Shown here in pieces: positions 1-14,660 of a stretch of DNA of 64,000 bases. Each line of letters starts with the position of its first letter. Position 1 is the stretch's first letter. Source of the DNA: Eledone cirrhosa (taxonomy: Eukaryota); assembly GCA_964016885.1 (NCBI GenBank), contig OZ024745.1, forward strand, positions 34,224,001-34,288,000, read 5' to 3'. The notes below the pieces were generated by a model that had not been told where the DNA came from, did no database searches, and saw only the letters and a list, made by a program, of their open reading frames with translations. Made by a program: the position numbers and the translations under genes.

Positions 1-288
1 ATATGTACCTGTTATTGTTCAATTGCTGTAAGTTATAGTTGTGTCTTGTCTTTACTCCCTGGACAACACTTTGGCTTGTTTGTCAGAGGCTGTGACCATT
101 TCGTGAATCAGCAGTACCATTGGTAGGGGTCGAAACTGTCAAAGTCCCCTCAATAGCTGAAGACATTGGTGTTCTGTGTCTTTCATCTTTTTTTTTAAGG
201 TTTTCACTTGAAAGAATTATTTGTTCTTTGTTTTTGTTCGTTGGCGTCTCTTTGTCAATTAGTGTAATTTTAGTATTAAAAAATATTT

Positions 289-338
<50 letters not shown>

Positions 339-368
339 ATACTTTTGCTAAACAAATTCAGAAACGAA

Positions 369-466
<98 letters not shown>

Positions 467-556
467 TATATATGTGTATAAGCATATATAAGCATGTGCA
501 TACAAATGTGTAGAAAGACAGAATTCTAGACACACAAACTCACTCATATATATATA

Positions 557-613
<57 letters not shown>

Positions 614-1340
614 ATGTATGTATGTGTGTGTAGGTGTGTGTGTGAATATATATAGATATACACACACACTTAAGTGAAATTTAAATTGAAGAATATTTAA
701 ATTGAATAAAAAAGGAATCTATGAAAACAAAACAAAAAAAAGCATTCTATATATTATCCTTCGATATACACACATGGTTCTAGCGAGGTTATGTAAATAT
801 ATTATGCAGACATATAACACCGTCATCATCAGACACACAGAAGGCAATAAAAAAATGATTACTTCTGTAAGACACCCGTTGTTATCATATAGTAGAAAAG
901 GAGAATCAGAATATATCATGACTGATATATTTGTGAAATTGATAATACTTCCTTTATTTGTGTAAATCACGCTCATACTTATGCAGATATATATATATTT
1001 ACAGGAGTTCATACACACGCAAAGATTTGAGGTAGGGTTGGTGTGTGAGATAAATACATATGTATGTTTGTATGTATGTGTATAAGTACGCACGAGCGTA
1101 CGTTTTTATGCATGTAGTATGTAACTCTCACTTTACCAAATTCTCCCTTTTTTGCATATATACATTTATTTACTGGTTTCTATTAATTTATTTCTTGCTT
1201 CTAAGTACCCCTCCTCCCCGTCATGTACAGAAATCTTTGACTTCTTATAGATACAAGTACGAGGATAGTTAAACACAGACATTCATAAACACACTGAAAC
1301 AGCAAAAGTACATGGTGCATTTGTATATAAATGTATGCAG

Positions 1341-1380
<40 letters not shown>

Positions 1381-1414
1381 AAATATACACGCTTACACAC
1401 AAATACACACACAC

Positions 1415-1500
<86 letters not shown>

Positions 1501-2037
1501 TAGACACCCGAAGCCTAAATATACCACCGTTAATTCCTGACAGCTTCCAGATAAAGTGATAAACGGTTGCCGTCTTTTACATTAACCAACTGAAGTTCTT
1601 GAAAACTTTCAGGTGTGTGTATGTGTTGGAGAGGGGTGTTAATCGGACGATGGGGTGATAAAGCGCGGGGAAGAGTGGGGGAGGGAAACATTTCACAATC
1701 TCACTACAATCTTACAAACCGAAATAATCAGGCAATAAAGTTTATGTAACTATTGCCATGGAAACAAGCAATCTGAGAGCAGAAATCAGGAATCTTATTG
1801 TTCCCTGTTTAGCGTATCATTTATAGGGTAGGATATGATACACATGTTGAGGTATAAAGTTACGGTGGCGGCCAGTAGAGTAGTGTATGGTGTGATTTTA
1901 TTTGCTGATGTGATCATGGTGATGTCATGCATGCTGGTTTGTTTGGTGGTGGTGTTGCTGTGTTTCACAGATATATTTTAATATATTGCTTCTTTATCTA
2001 AGTCTATGACTATGGATGTGTGTAGCCTATTTGTATG

Positions 2038-2068
<31 letters not shown>

Positions 2069-2072
<4 letters not shown>

Positions 2073-2241
2073 ATATTTAACCCCGACGGCAGAGCTCAAG
2101 CCGTTTCGACGGCTATTTCTGGACTAGTCCAGAAATAGCTGTCGAGGTTAAACCTTTTCCTATTACCCACTCTACTACCCTACATATTGAGTACACTGGT
2201 GCGTTATGGTCCATCTGGTTCCTTACCACACTTCCTTCGTT
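2069..2241 (+). mobile_element. (TA)n-embedded hairpin mini-element, family A (partly deleted hairpin)
   Basis: Flanked by (TA)n. Near-perfect palindrome tcgacggctatttctggactagtccagaaatagctgtcga at 2106-2145. Tail nearly identical to 63906-63992 and to the reverse complement of 38129-38210. Confidence 0.85.
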
Positions 2242-2275
2242 ATATATATATATATATATATACACACGTACATAT

Positions 2276-2329
<54 letters not shown>

Positions 2330-2412
2330 ATAATACCCATATATATATATGTGTGAGTATGTGTGTGTATTTATATATACGCACACATAAACACATATGC
2401 ACACACACATAC

Positions 2413-2461
<49 letters not shown>

Positions 2462-3051
2462 AACTTTAATAAGTGGAGAGATCTACTTTATTATAAAATG
2501 ACATGATAATCTAAAGCTCAACGTGGTATTACAATGTGGTATTTGTTAATAGTGAAACGCGTTTAAGATAAACAAAATGTATTCATTCCAACTATACTTT
2601 TGGTTCATTATCCATTATATATATTTATATATAAACTAGAAATAGATTGACATATATATATATATAAAATAAATACATGGAACATGTATTTCTAGTTGAT
2701 ATAAAATGCTCGGATCTATTCATTGGAATCTTTGAGCTTATTCTACAGTGGATATGGCGCATGTCTCTCAGACATGACAACCCTTAATTTAATTTTGTAT
2801 ATATATATATATATATAGAATTATGGAACGATATGCATATATATAATTTTCGAATAGAATGGACACTACTTCGGTTGTTTCCTCACTCACTCAATAATTT
2901 AATTAAGTCTGTATTATTAAAATCCGAATCTAACCGATTAGAGTGTACACGTAGACGTTAATCAGTGACGAAGATGACTTCGTGTGGGTAAGAGATTTGA
3001 GTTATCCTAAGCGAGGCACCAGTTTCTATGATTCCGATCTGCCGGTGGTGG

Positions 3052-3161
<110 letters not shown>

Positions 3162-6100
3162 ATAATAGGATTCCCCATGACAATGCATACAAAAATTTTG
3201 AATTACAGATTTAGTACTATCCATCAATCTACACAATTTCCCCATACAGCTTGGTTTGACGCAATGCTATGATGCTAAGCAATGGCATCGAACCCGGAGG
3301 TTAATGATTCTGTATCGAATTCCATAAACAATTGGCTATGTTAAGTTCATATTCGACATATAGTAAGAAATTGCGTAGTATTAATTCATTTAACGTTATA
3401 AAAACTAAACGAAGTCTACATGTAGGTTTAGTTGGCCTGCTACGAGGTTCTACCTCATAAGAAGTTTCACATGTGTTTTAATGGCAAAGGCCATAATCCT
3501 ATCATGAAAAAAACGAAGACAACGTGCAATCAAGCGCCTTTCATAAGAACAAAGCTCGTCGCCCAGTCCAGTAATGGCACCCGTAACCTTATGATAGTGA
3601 GAAGAAACACTCTTATTGCCAGACCACAGGATTTCACCTATAATGTTATGCACAGGCTTAAAAGACAATCGACATTAAAGTACATAATCTTTATAAAACA
3701 AGGCTAGATATGTTCTAAGACAAATGAATACATGTACTGCAGCGTTTTACATGTCTCTAAGAAAGTATACATCATTATAACATCAAGGATAAAAGATTTG
3801 AGGTTAGAAAGCCATTGTAGGAGAGTATATGCTGGATTAGAGATAATTGAAAAACGTTGTCCTACATAAAGTAAATCTAAATAAAAGGCGGGATGTTAAC
3901 GGACAGAGCATCTTTGATCATAAGTATGAGACGTTAAACCTTCACTGAGGTGAAAGCAGTAGGAAAAAATCAACAGAGAAACATCAATAGCAACAAAAAC
4001 AATAACTTCAACGTTTACATCATCAACAACAACAACCACACCACCAACAACAAAAACCTCACCACCACCACCGTTCTTTAACTTTGGATTCCATTCCATT
4101 TGTTAGAAGACAACTGAATGAAATACGATACGGACTATCTTTATGGAATAGACCACATCTTCTAGCATTAGTGGCCTGTGTATATCACTGGTTATTATCA
4201 TTATGCACCATTTTCATCACTTGTGATTAGAGCCGGCGCTTAGATATTTAGCGCTCTAGGCTGCTAACTCTAGATGGTACAAGGAGGTTGTGTGGCCTAG
4301 TGGTTACGGTTTTATTCTCACGGCACATCAATTCATGTTGCTTTTCATGTTATCGTTGAATCATCCCCAGAACTTCCTATGAGATTCAACCTCGCAGGAA
4401 GCCACCTACACCTGCACATGTGTGAACTGTAAATTTCTTTTTATTTTATTTTTTTCTACAGCGTGCCGCTCCTTTTCCATTCTCCTAAATGAAATAATTT
4501 CAACCCAAAGTTGTCCAACCTAGTTTTCGAAACATTTCTCTGACTTACAATATAAGATTTACGTAGCCTGCATTTTCCACTATTCATACTAACCCACGCA
4601 AAACCGTATGATAGTCTCAATCGTTTCGGATATTTCCACAACGCTGCTCTGCAGAAAAGATGTTTCGCGATGCATTATTCGATGATCGTTGGAAATTATT
4701 AGATGTTAGTGCTGGTTGTATTCATTACGTGGAAATAAAACAATGCTATAAATTGCATTGAATCAGTACAGCTAAGCGGCATATGATGCGATCCATCAAT
4801 GATGTAGCATTTGTACCGTTTCTGAACAAGTTAAATCTATTTGGAGAATTAAACATACAATATGTTTAAAAAATAGATGGAGGGCACGAGAGGAATGTCT
4901 TTAATAATAGGCCCGCTCTAGTAAGAAAGGTTCATCATGTCTAATTGATCCCTGTATCGTTGTTATTAGGTGACTAAGAGTACAATACAAGGTGGATACC
5001 AGTGCGCCGCCGGTTCAGCTTCAGTTGTTTGAACCTTTTTTAAGTCGAGTTGAAATAAGGTGAAATAAGGTGTCTTGCTCAAGAACGCAATGTGCCACAT
5101 TATCCAGGTAAACGACATTACGATGTCATGGGCTCAATTCCTGTATTGAGTAGGGAATTAAATTGTTGAGAAAAATCCTTTATTTCATGTTCGTGTAGGC
5201 AACTCAAAAACTAGTTCCAGTAGTAGTAGCTGTATGGTTGACATATGAATAACCAGCAACAACAAGAAGAATCTTATGTGTTTACATGTTTTAGAAATAG
5301 ATATTTTGTTCCTTATTATAAGTTATTTGTGGATTTGTGAAATCATATAATGATTTCTAGCATAAGCACTATGCCATGAAAGGTATATAATAAATAGTTA
5401 AAGAATGGCAATTTGGTATTTTCAATAGAATGTACGTGCCAAAACTGCTTTTATATTTTGTTTAGAAAAAAAATGCTATCAGCTGTTTTTGATGTGAAGT
5501 GCTGTGATTGCACTTATTAACTGTGAAAGCTTATCTTGAAGTCTAATATATATATTTCACCTGATATCAGCAATCTTTAATTTCCTTTACTAAATAAATA
5601 TGAAATATATCACCAATCTCCGAAACACATTTCAGCTTTTAAGAATTATGGATTGAAATTTAAGAAAAATCTTCTCCCAATATCTAGGCAATAAATAAAT
5701 GTATTGTGAACGAATTTCTTCCCATTTGTAGAAATCTTTTTCAACTGCATCAAAATGTGAAGAGCTTAATTGATAGATTGTAAGATAGCTTATCTTTGCA
5801 GCACAGTATAGGAAACAATGTTTTACTTTACAAATTAGAAGGAATTTATAAAGTATAAAGTCTATGTCAATCTAACTGAAGTCAATCAACTATTTCTTTG
5901 ATGAGTTATTGATTCAAAGAATTTAATTTCAGTATCACAGGAATGTTGTAATAAATTTGCTAGTCTATACGAAATCACGCATCTCCCTTCCTGCCACCAC
6001 ACAAGCCAGAGAAACTAGGTTAACCATTATGCCCAGAAATCCTTCATGTCTAGATGACCGTGAGACTCACCTTTTCATGCAGACTTACATACAAAACAAT

Positions 6101-7281
6101 TACTCCAGCATTACTGAAATTCCGGTGCAATAAGATTCGATAATCTATACCGATTCACTCATCTCCCTTCCTGTATTGACCCACGTCATTTCAACAAAGC
6201 CCCAGACAATACATTAAGCATTATGCCCAGGATTTCCTGTTCAGAACATCGGACATCTGGAACTGTATCCCACTTCCTATATTTCCAAATGTAGTGAGTT
6301 TTGCAACAATTTAAGCCGTTGTACCATCAGTATCAATCTCAATATTTCTGGAGTGCATGTCAAGGGCATTGACGTTACCCCTAATTTCAGATGATCAGAC
6401 GAGCAAAACCAGTGATTCTAAGTCCAGGAGTGTCGTGCTTAGGTACATTTATCAAACTGGTAGTGCACTGGTAATGCACTCGGACGCGTCTGCCATCTTC
6501 ACGTCGTTGATTTGTTCGAACTTAAGTTCACATGTATCATTGACTTGTCTCTCATTTCCTCTCTTTACGTTGCATTACTATTTTGTTTGTTTACTGCCCC
6601 TCTTTCTCCACCCAATTCGCTCCGTCCCAGTAACTTATTTTAGTTATTGCTCGCACTGATTTTGAGGTATCTGTCTTTAATGCGAAGAAATACCGATGAT
6701 AGTCAGAAGATCACTGATGATGGACAGTCCCGTTTCTCGGTCTATTTTTCATTCATATATATATACAAGTGGAAGCTTAGCAAAATCGAAGCTTTGGCAG
6801 CTATCGTTGGCAGCCCTCAGTGCTTTACTGTCACGTGTTATTTCCAACAAGGGAAGTAACTCCCGGTTTTTGGCGGGTAAATTTAAAGTGTGAACAAAGG
6901 AAATCAATTCTGTTCCACATTCCGAATGGAAAGCTTTCGACTAGACGTTATTAAACAAACATAAATAATTAACCACTCAATGGGATTGTCTAATTAAATT
7001 AATTAGTTAATCATTAAGTGGAAGCTTAGCAAAATCGAAGCTTTGGCTGTGACCAAGCAAACGGCCTACAATTAGGAATGAGCAGAAAAGCACTCAATAA
7101 GGTAGGCCCTTAGAGTAATAAGATACGTTTAGACAGCTTGACAAATCGAAAATTGCGGCATGCAGACCTAGCCACACAATACCAAAAACAACGAAAAAAC
7201 TAATCAGGTTAGATGTATGTATGTATGTATGTATGTATGTATGTATGTATGTATGTATGTATGTATGTATGTATGTATGTA

Positions 7282-7474
7282 TGGTACCATTGTCGTCACA
7301 TGGTACCATGGGCCCAGCACTATGTGTCAATAATTGTCACAAGTGTAGTGTTTGTACCAGAGTTTTCAAGTCGCTGGCTAGACTAAAAAGTCACACTTGT
7401 TCAGCGCATCGGTAGGGGTTCTCCTACATGGATATAAAGTAGTGGCCGTACTCGAAAACGAATTGGCAGCCACC
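7282..7474 (+). mobile_element. RTE-type LINE 3' end (C2H2 zinc-finger remnant, 3'UTR, (ATGT)n tail)
   Basis: Encodes [25 protein letters not shown]-stop, resembling the C-terminal CxxC..H..H finger of RTE ORFs. Four copies in the window. Confidence 0.75.
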
Positions 7475-9121
7475 ATGTATGTATGTATATGTATGTATGT
7501 ATTTCTAAATACATATGCATTTACACACACACAAATGCACACATATACCTATAGATATTGGATTATGGATTATGTAAACCAAATGACTAATTACTTAAAC
7601 GGCTGAAATCAATGGATTACATTGATCAGCTTCGTGTTAAATTTTTCATACACTCGTTTCTCGTAGATTATAAGTGGTGGTGAAAATAAAGATTATCTTA
7701 GTATTTGAGCATAAAGTTTACACCAAGTGTGAATCGTTTGCTTCATTTAATTAAAACATGAAATACCATATCAATCATGTTAATGTTTAACTCCGAAATA
7801 AACTAGGATTGGTGCTGGTGCTGATTGTTGCCGTTATAGATTTGGTGCTGCTGGGATTGGTGATGGTTGAACGAGGGGAAGTGATGATTGTAGTGGTTAT
7901 AGTAGTTATGGTAGTGTATTTGTGCTAGGGTTGGTGATAGTCATATGGTGGTGGTAGTGGTGGTGATCGTAATGGTGATAATGATATGGTGGTAGTAGTT
8001 GTGCTGATCATGGTTGTGATAAAATTATAGTGATGGTACTGGTGCTGATGGCAGAGCTGGGTTTTGTTTTTGTAGTGGTGATGATAATAATAATGGTAAT
8101 GATGGTAATGGCCAGTTGCAAAATAAACTGATTCATTGAAATCCATTCGTAGAAATGGTGTCAGTCTTAGTGGTATCATGTCTGAACAGTAGAATATTTG
8201 TTCAGCTCTTAAAATATCTCCGTGAAATGTATTGTGTGCGAAGTAGTATATTTTGGAGTTCCACGTTCGAACAGTACTGTACATTTCATGGTCCGCTATT
8301 TCACATGAGTTAAGTGAAAGCACACAAGATAGTAGTAAGTCGATGGTTTAAACCACAGTTGTTGCTGACACTCATTTGTTCTCCAAATAAGTGGTCTTTT
8401 TCAAGGACACAACGCGTCCCCCAATTCGGGAAATGAACAGACAACCTTACAATCGTGCACCCAACACCCACTGATGGTATTACTGTTTTACCGGACTGGA
8501 GCATGGTGAAATTATGTCTCTAATAAAAAAAAAACCGCAACAACACCCTACCCACACCTCTGGTCGAAGAATCAAACCCTTGACCGAATGTTTGTGAGCG
8601 CAACGCCCTAACCATTAAGTCACGTAACCTCTCATTAAGTAAGAACATTTAAACTGAATCCGTCTATATTTACAGGAGCCAAGAGACTAAACTATTCTCG
8701 ATTTCTAATGTTAATCAGTTCCGTGAATACGACTAACCTGTCTACAGGTTACAGAATTTCAAACAAACAATAACAACAACAAAACCTCTAACCATACTAC
8801 ACGAAAGCCCATTTAACTACATTAGTCATCTGCTTCCTACTAACAACACCGAAACAATATCCACGTATCAACTTTCCTTTGTCTACATTGACGGATGACT
8901 CTTGTTAGTAAGATGGGTATAAATTATAATCTCAATTTATCACGAGATGCGCGTGCGCACAACAGACCAAGCGTAAATGTCGACACAAAGATTCACACAC
9001 ATATAATAAGCCACCAATCATCTCTTTGTCTCTGTCTCTGACACTTTCCCCCTCTATCTCTCTCCGTCTCTGCTGCTTCTGAAATGGTTTAACCTTGACC
9101 GTTGGATTTACATGAAAAGAA

Positions 9122-9182
<61 letters not shown>

Positions 9183-9220
9183 GAAGGATTTTAATGGATA
9201 CAGTTTAGTTAAGAAGGAAT

Positions 9221-9341
9221 TTATTGACACGTGTTTCTATAACAGTTACATAACCTGAAAACAGCTGCTATCTACAAAGTATTAGTTATGCAGACATTCA
9301 ATGTTTCAATGTTATTATCAACTGTCATTTCATCGGAATAA
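9221..9341 (-). ncRNA. Degenerate type-I hammerhead motif with long stem II
   Basis: Minus strand: ttatt-CCGATGA-[atgacagttg...taactgttat]-GAAA-cacgtg-TC-aataa. Palindromic stem III. U4C change and 10.1/11.1 mismatch. Confidence 0.55.
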
Positions 9342-10303
9342 TTTTACTGAGGGCCTGTTTGGTTTTTATAGAGAATATTAGGAGGTGAGGGGTGAAGTTG
9401 TTAGAAGAATAGTTGAGGGAGTGGTTTTTTGATAGCAGTGAGAATTTTTGGTGGCAGTGAGTAATTAGATTCCCATCTGTTGTTTTGACATTTTTATAGA
9501 ATATATTATTGGTTATTTTTCTAAATCTATAGAAGGATTAGAGATAGTAAAGATATGCGTGGTTGGTTTTGTATTACAACACTACGGAAAATACTGTATA
9601 TATTTATATATATATATATATCGAGAGAGAGAGAGAGCTCTGCGATGTTCTTCAACAAATGCGTGATCCGATGTCTCGCCATTGTCCTAGGCAGAAGATC
9701 TCCTAGCGTCTAGTGTGCTCTACCAGCTACATTGACTGATGAGAAAATGAAGACTAATTACCGATGTAGAGTTTAAATATTCTTTATTATGGCTAAGCAT
9801 TGAGTCTTATTACAGTTCATGTCGGATAACCCCGAGATAAAAAGGCGAAACTCCAGAGTAATAAGACTCACTTTTTAGCCTTAATATAAATGAATATATA
9901 TATCAGTTTGTGTGAGTGTGTATGTATGTATTCATGTATTCGATTAGGTAAACAAAATGACTAATTAATTCAGGCACCTACAATCAATGGATTATATCGG
10001 ACGATATATTTTATAGTATTTATTTCAGCTTTTTTCCAATGAGGTCGATTATTCTTTCATATATATGGTGGTCGTTAAAATAAACTTTCATTCAAGTACT
10101 TGGGCTGATATAATTGACTGCCTCCACTCCCAGATATTCTGCTCTTGTGTCTAAGAAATAATCATCACCATCGTCGCCGTCGTCATCATTATCATCATCA
10201 TCATCATTATCGTCATCACCATCACCACCACCACCACCACCACCACCACCATCCCTATTATAACCATTACCATCATCATCATTATCAACCTCGTCAACCC
10301 CCC

Positions 10304-10367
<64 letters not shown>

Positions 10368-12584
10368 ACAACAACAGCACCAGCACAACCATCATCACCA
10401 TTATCACCAAAGCTAAGTACATAAATGTATTACAATAATCGTGACCTCATTGATTGGTGTAAAGATTTACTAAGTTTGTACTGTATGCTGACTTTGAAAA
10501 AAGGCTTTGTCTAATAGGCTTTAATTTATTATTATAACTATAGATAACAACACAGTAACTATTGTATTCGTTTACGTGTTGCCATGCCAACGCTTATGTA
10601 ATATTTGTGTTGTAGCTGTTCCGACAATAAGCGTTCCAGTTCGGTCAAACAAAAGAACAGCTGGCTTGTAAAATTAATGAGCAAGTGCCTGAGCATTCAA
10701 CAAACACGAGAATCCTTACGGTAGTTCACATGGAAATTCAGCATATCACAATGTATGACAATGCTGACCATTTGAAACACAGACGTAACTCATTTACCAC
10801 CTAAGTGATTGAGAGCAACGTGAAATTAAATAACTTGCTCAAGGACAAAACGCACCGTCAAGAATCGAAACTACAACCTTAAGATTAATGACAAAGTTGA
10901 GTAAGCCGACTATTTTACAAGTTGTTATAAGTTATCTTAGTAAACGGATAGATGAAGATACCTGGCTTCTGATGAATAGCCAACTAGGTACGAAACATAT
11001 AAAGGTAATTCCTATAATTTCCTGTGTACGAATAAAATAAAAACTGTATTCATACTTGTTCCTTTTAATCAGTGAGATTCATGGTTTAATACTGTAGTTA
11101 TACCTACATTAAATTATCTCATACTTTCTAGTATACGATGTGCTATACCGTCATTAAATTTATCTTGGATTTTCTAATATACTTTATGTTATATCTACAT
11201 TAAATTTATTATTATTTCTTTATTTATACGCTGTTTACACACATAGAATGGCTAACTTTTCGTTCCATTTCTGAGATCGAACGTAAGATATATTTGTAAA
11301 ATAACTGAGGATCGCTCATTGGCTCAATTTGAAGAAATATCATGGGCTTGGTTTTCTCAGAAAGCCAGGACACATTCCTTCACATGCAATCCAAGACTTC
11401 TTCAATTCCTCCTCATTTTGAATCGTCATCTAGTAATTTATCATCCGAGCATCATATTAACACGTTTTCAAACCTTAGTAATTGTATTGTCCCAGATGAG
11501 ATTAAGTCTGAAGCAGCATTTTTTTTTGTGAACTGTTAATTCATGATATCTCATATAGTTGATTATATAATATTTTGTTTGATTAATACACAATATCCAC
11601 CATGGGCAAAATTTCTTCATAGGGATTTTGAAAGTCCTCCTCTGAGAGTTAATTGTTTCTTGTCTGAGAATCACAGGAGAATCCAATGTGGTACCCTGAA
11701 TTCCTATATGAATACAACATTTTTCACAATGGTCCAACAAGAAATAGGATTACAGGACTAATTTCCAACACCACATAATTATTTTAACTATTTCCGATAT
11801 AGTTATTTACTAATATCAACAGATCGTTTGTATCTAATGAAGTAAACATCCTATGTGTGTCAATTAATTTTGAAAATAATAAAAATATGTGCCACTTTAG
11901 CGTGCAGTCTAATTCAACTTCCAAATAAGCAGAAAAACTACTCTAGTATAGAGGCCAAGTCATTAGACAGCGTATATTATGAGTTATGTGGTAAACTGCA
12001 CGCTAAAGTAGCAACAAACAATGTGTATGGATTTAATAAGATAACTTTTTCTTTAGTAAGGTGGTCTTTGGAATATTACTTAAAACATTTCTTACGTAAA
12101 ATTATGACGAAGATTTTAATATAAATAAGAACACTTCAACATAAGCAGTTTCGTATCATAGAACGAGAGATAGTTTCAAGCATTTTCGTAACAAAAGGAA
12201 AGAAAATAAATATTAACTGTGCACGTGGAAAGAGCTTAATTCATGTCAACATAAATTGGTATTGGTGGGAATTATAAAAAGAAAGCAAGTTGATAATTGT
12301 ATGTTTTTCCTTTAAACACACCTGAAACTTATTAATGAACACGAATGACATATATATATATATGTATAGTAATAAATTAAATTTGAAGACTAAAATCCAA
12401 AGAGGGCTCGATAAGGATAAATAAGGGAACGTTTCCACGAACCAAAGTATCGTCTTCCTGTCTTCCTTCGGTTGCAACGTTTTTCGAAATATTTACTTCT
12501 GGGTTCACAGATTAATTTTTTTAGTTTCAGAAGATCCCGTTGAGGGTGAAAGTAGCCATTCTTTGCTTAAACTTTAATCTGTTA

Positions 12585-12675
<91 letters not shown>

Positions 12676-13410
12676 GGAGAATTGAATTATAATAACAAAT
12701 ATGATAAACTAGGTCATTGTTCAAATGGTGATATTTAGAATATAGCATATTGTATATAAGAGACAGAAAGATAGGGGGGAGAGAGAGAGTAATGTTTGTG
12801 TATATTTTGTTTATTTCTCTGTTTAATTCTTCCTCTCAAATCTAGCAACACATCTCTTAACAATTTCATTTACTGGCTACACTCAAAACTGTTCTTTCCT
12901 AACATGCTTGAGGGGAAACATTCCACTAACCACGAATTTCTATTTTTAAACAAATTAATTACTCTAAATTCTGCGTAAAATAATTTTAATTTTATTTTAT
13001 TATTATAATTTTTTTATGTGTGTGTACATTTTTTTTCACGAAGATTCCGAAAATTAATTTCTGCATCTTTAAAATATTAATTGTCAAAAACTTCCCATTT
13101 CCTAATGTTAAAATTTCTCTTAATAGATAAAAAAAGAAAGTATATATGTAAAGTAATTATTACAAAATTCATATCTATAAATATTATGTGTATGTTTACA
13201 TTGATATATAGCTAAACATTAAAATATATCATATTTATATTTGTTGCGATGAAGCGTGAATATAATGAAGCGTTTTCATAATTCGAGGAGTTTTAACGAA
13301 TCTAAATGCATTAATAAATGTAAGAATTATAATGAGCAACGTATGTAGATCTTTATGAGTATAACTTCAAAAAATACAAAATCAAATGTATTTATATGGC
13401 AAACTATGAT

Positions 13411-13462
<52 letters not shown>

Positions 13463-14108
13463 CTTCAGTAATGTGTTTATAAATACCCGATATTAGAAAA
13501 AAGAGATTACAGTAATATAATATACTCCAAAGCTATTCCTCGTTCTCATTTATCAGCTGAGTGGACAGAAGCAACGTAAAATAAAGTGCTTTGCTCAAAA
13601 ATACAATAACTCGTCCAGATCAGGAATCGAACATATGACTTTCAAATAATATAATCAACACCTTAATCACGAGGCAGCACTATTTGACAATGCCTATATT
13701 ATAGACACTAGTGGGATGAAATCTCAATGTGGTTAAGAGGTTCGCAGATTCCAGATTCGATCCTGCAGCATGGGATCTTGAGCAAATATCTTGTGCCATA
13801 GCTTGTGGGGTTGACCTAGGACTTTTGAGAGGAATTGGTAGACAGAAAATATACCAAAAGTCTGTCCAAGAATTATGTCTGTTCTTAGGTGGTGAACGTA
13901 ATCCACCTTGAGTGTAAAACCGTCAACATGCGCTTGGTTGCCTTATATAATGTCCCAGCTGTCTCAAGTATACAAACGATGTAAGGCAGCTAAAAATGAG
14001 TATTGAAGTTTTGTTTCTGTTCCGATACTCTGTGCTTGTTTGCATGTTTGTCTGTGAATTTCTCTCAGCACTCCCTCTCCATACACACACACATACACAC
14101 ACACACAC

Positions 14109-14180
<72 letters not shown>

Positions 14181-14621
14181 AAAAATACGTTGTGTGTAAC
14201 TACCAAGTTACAGCGAATGCCAATTCTAACTACAGGCAGAAGAATTCTCCGAAACTTCGAAATCCCAGCCAATTTTATCCTTATAAAATAAATTATATAA
14301 TCAGTTTATGCATTGAGTTAGTGTTTGAAGGTTTTACGTAAATTTGTACACAAACACCTGCAAGCACACACACAGACGCAGACACACACCTTTGCACCGT
14401 TATAAAGAATTTAATGCTTTAGACAGAGCAAAATAAATAGCTAATTTAAATCAAGTTGAAGTTAGAATTCTCCATGATTATGATTTATTCCGGTTTCATC
14501 TGGCGAATTGTCAAAATCCTAATAAATTGTACTTATAAAAATATTACTTATATAATCTCAGTAGTGTAGAAAAATGGGAGAAAATGACGTATAATAGAAG
14601 AGGGTCGAGAGAGAGAGAGAG

Positions 14622-14660
<39 letters not shown>

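Noticed and set aside
765-838. Minus-strand CTGATGA with a hairpin
   Set aside because: GAAA is replaced by GAAC, with no valid UH site or stem I. At best a decayed copy.
9727-9768. SECIS or C/D-box snoRNA candidate
   Set aside because: Helix too short for SECIS, D box is CCGA, and length too small for a snoRNA.
10960-11010. CTGATGA...GAAAC hammerhead-like text
   Set aside because: Stems I and II do not pair properly around the core.
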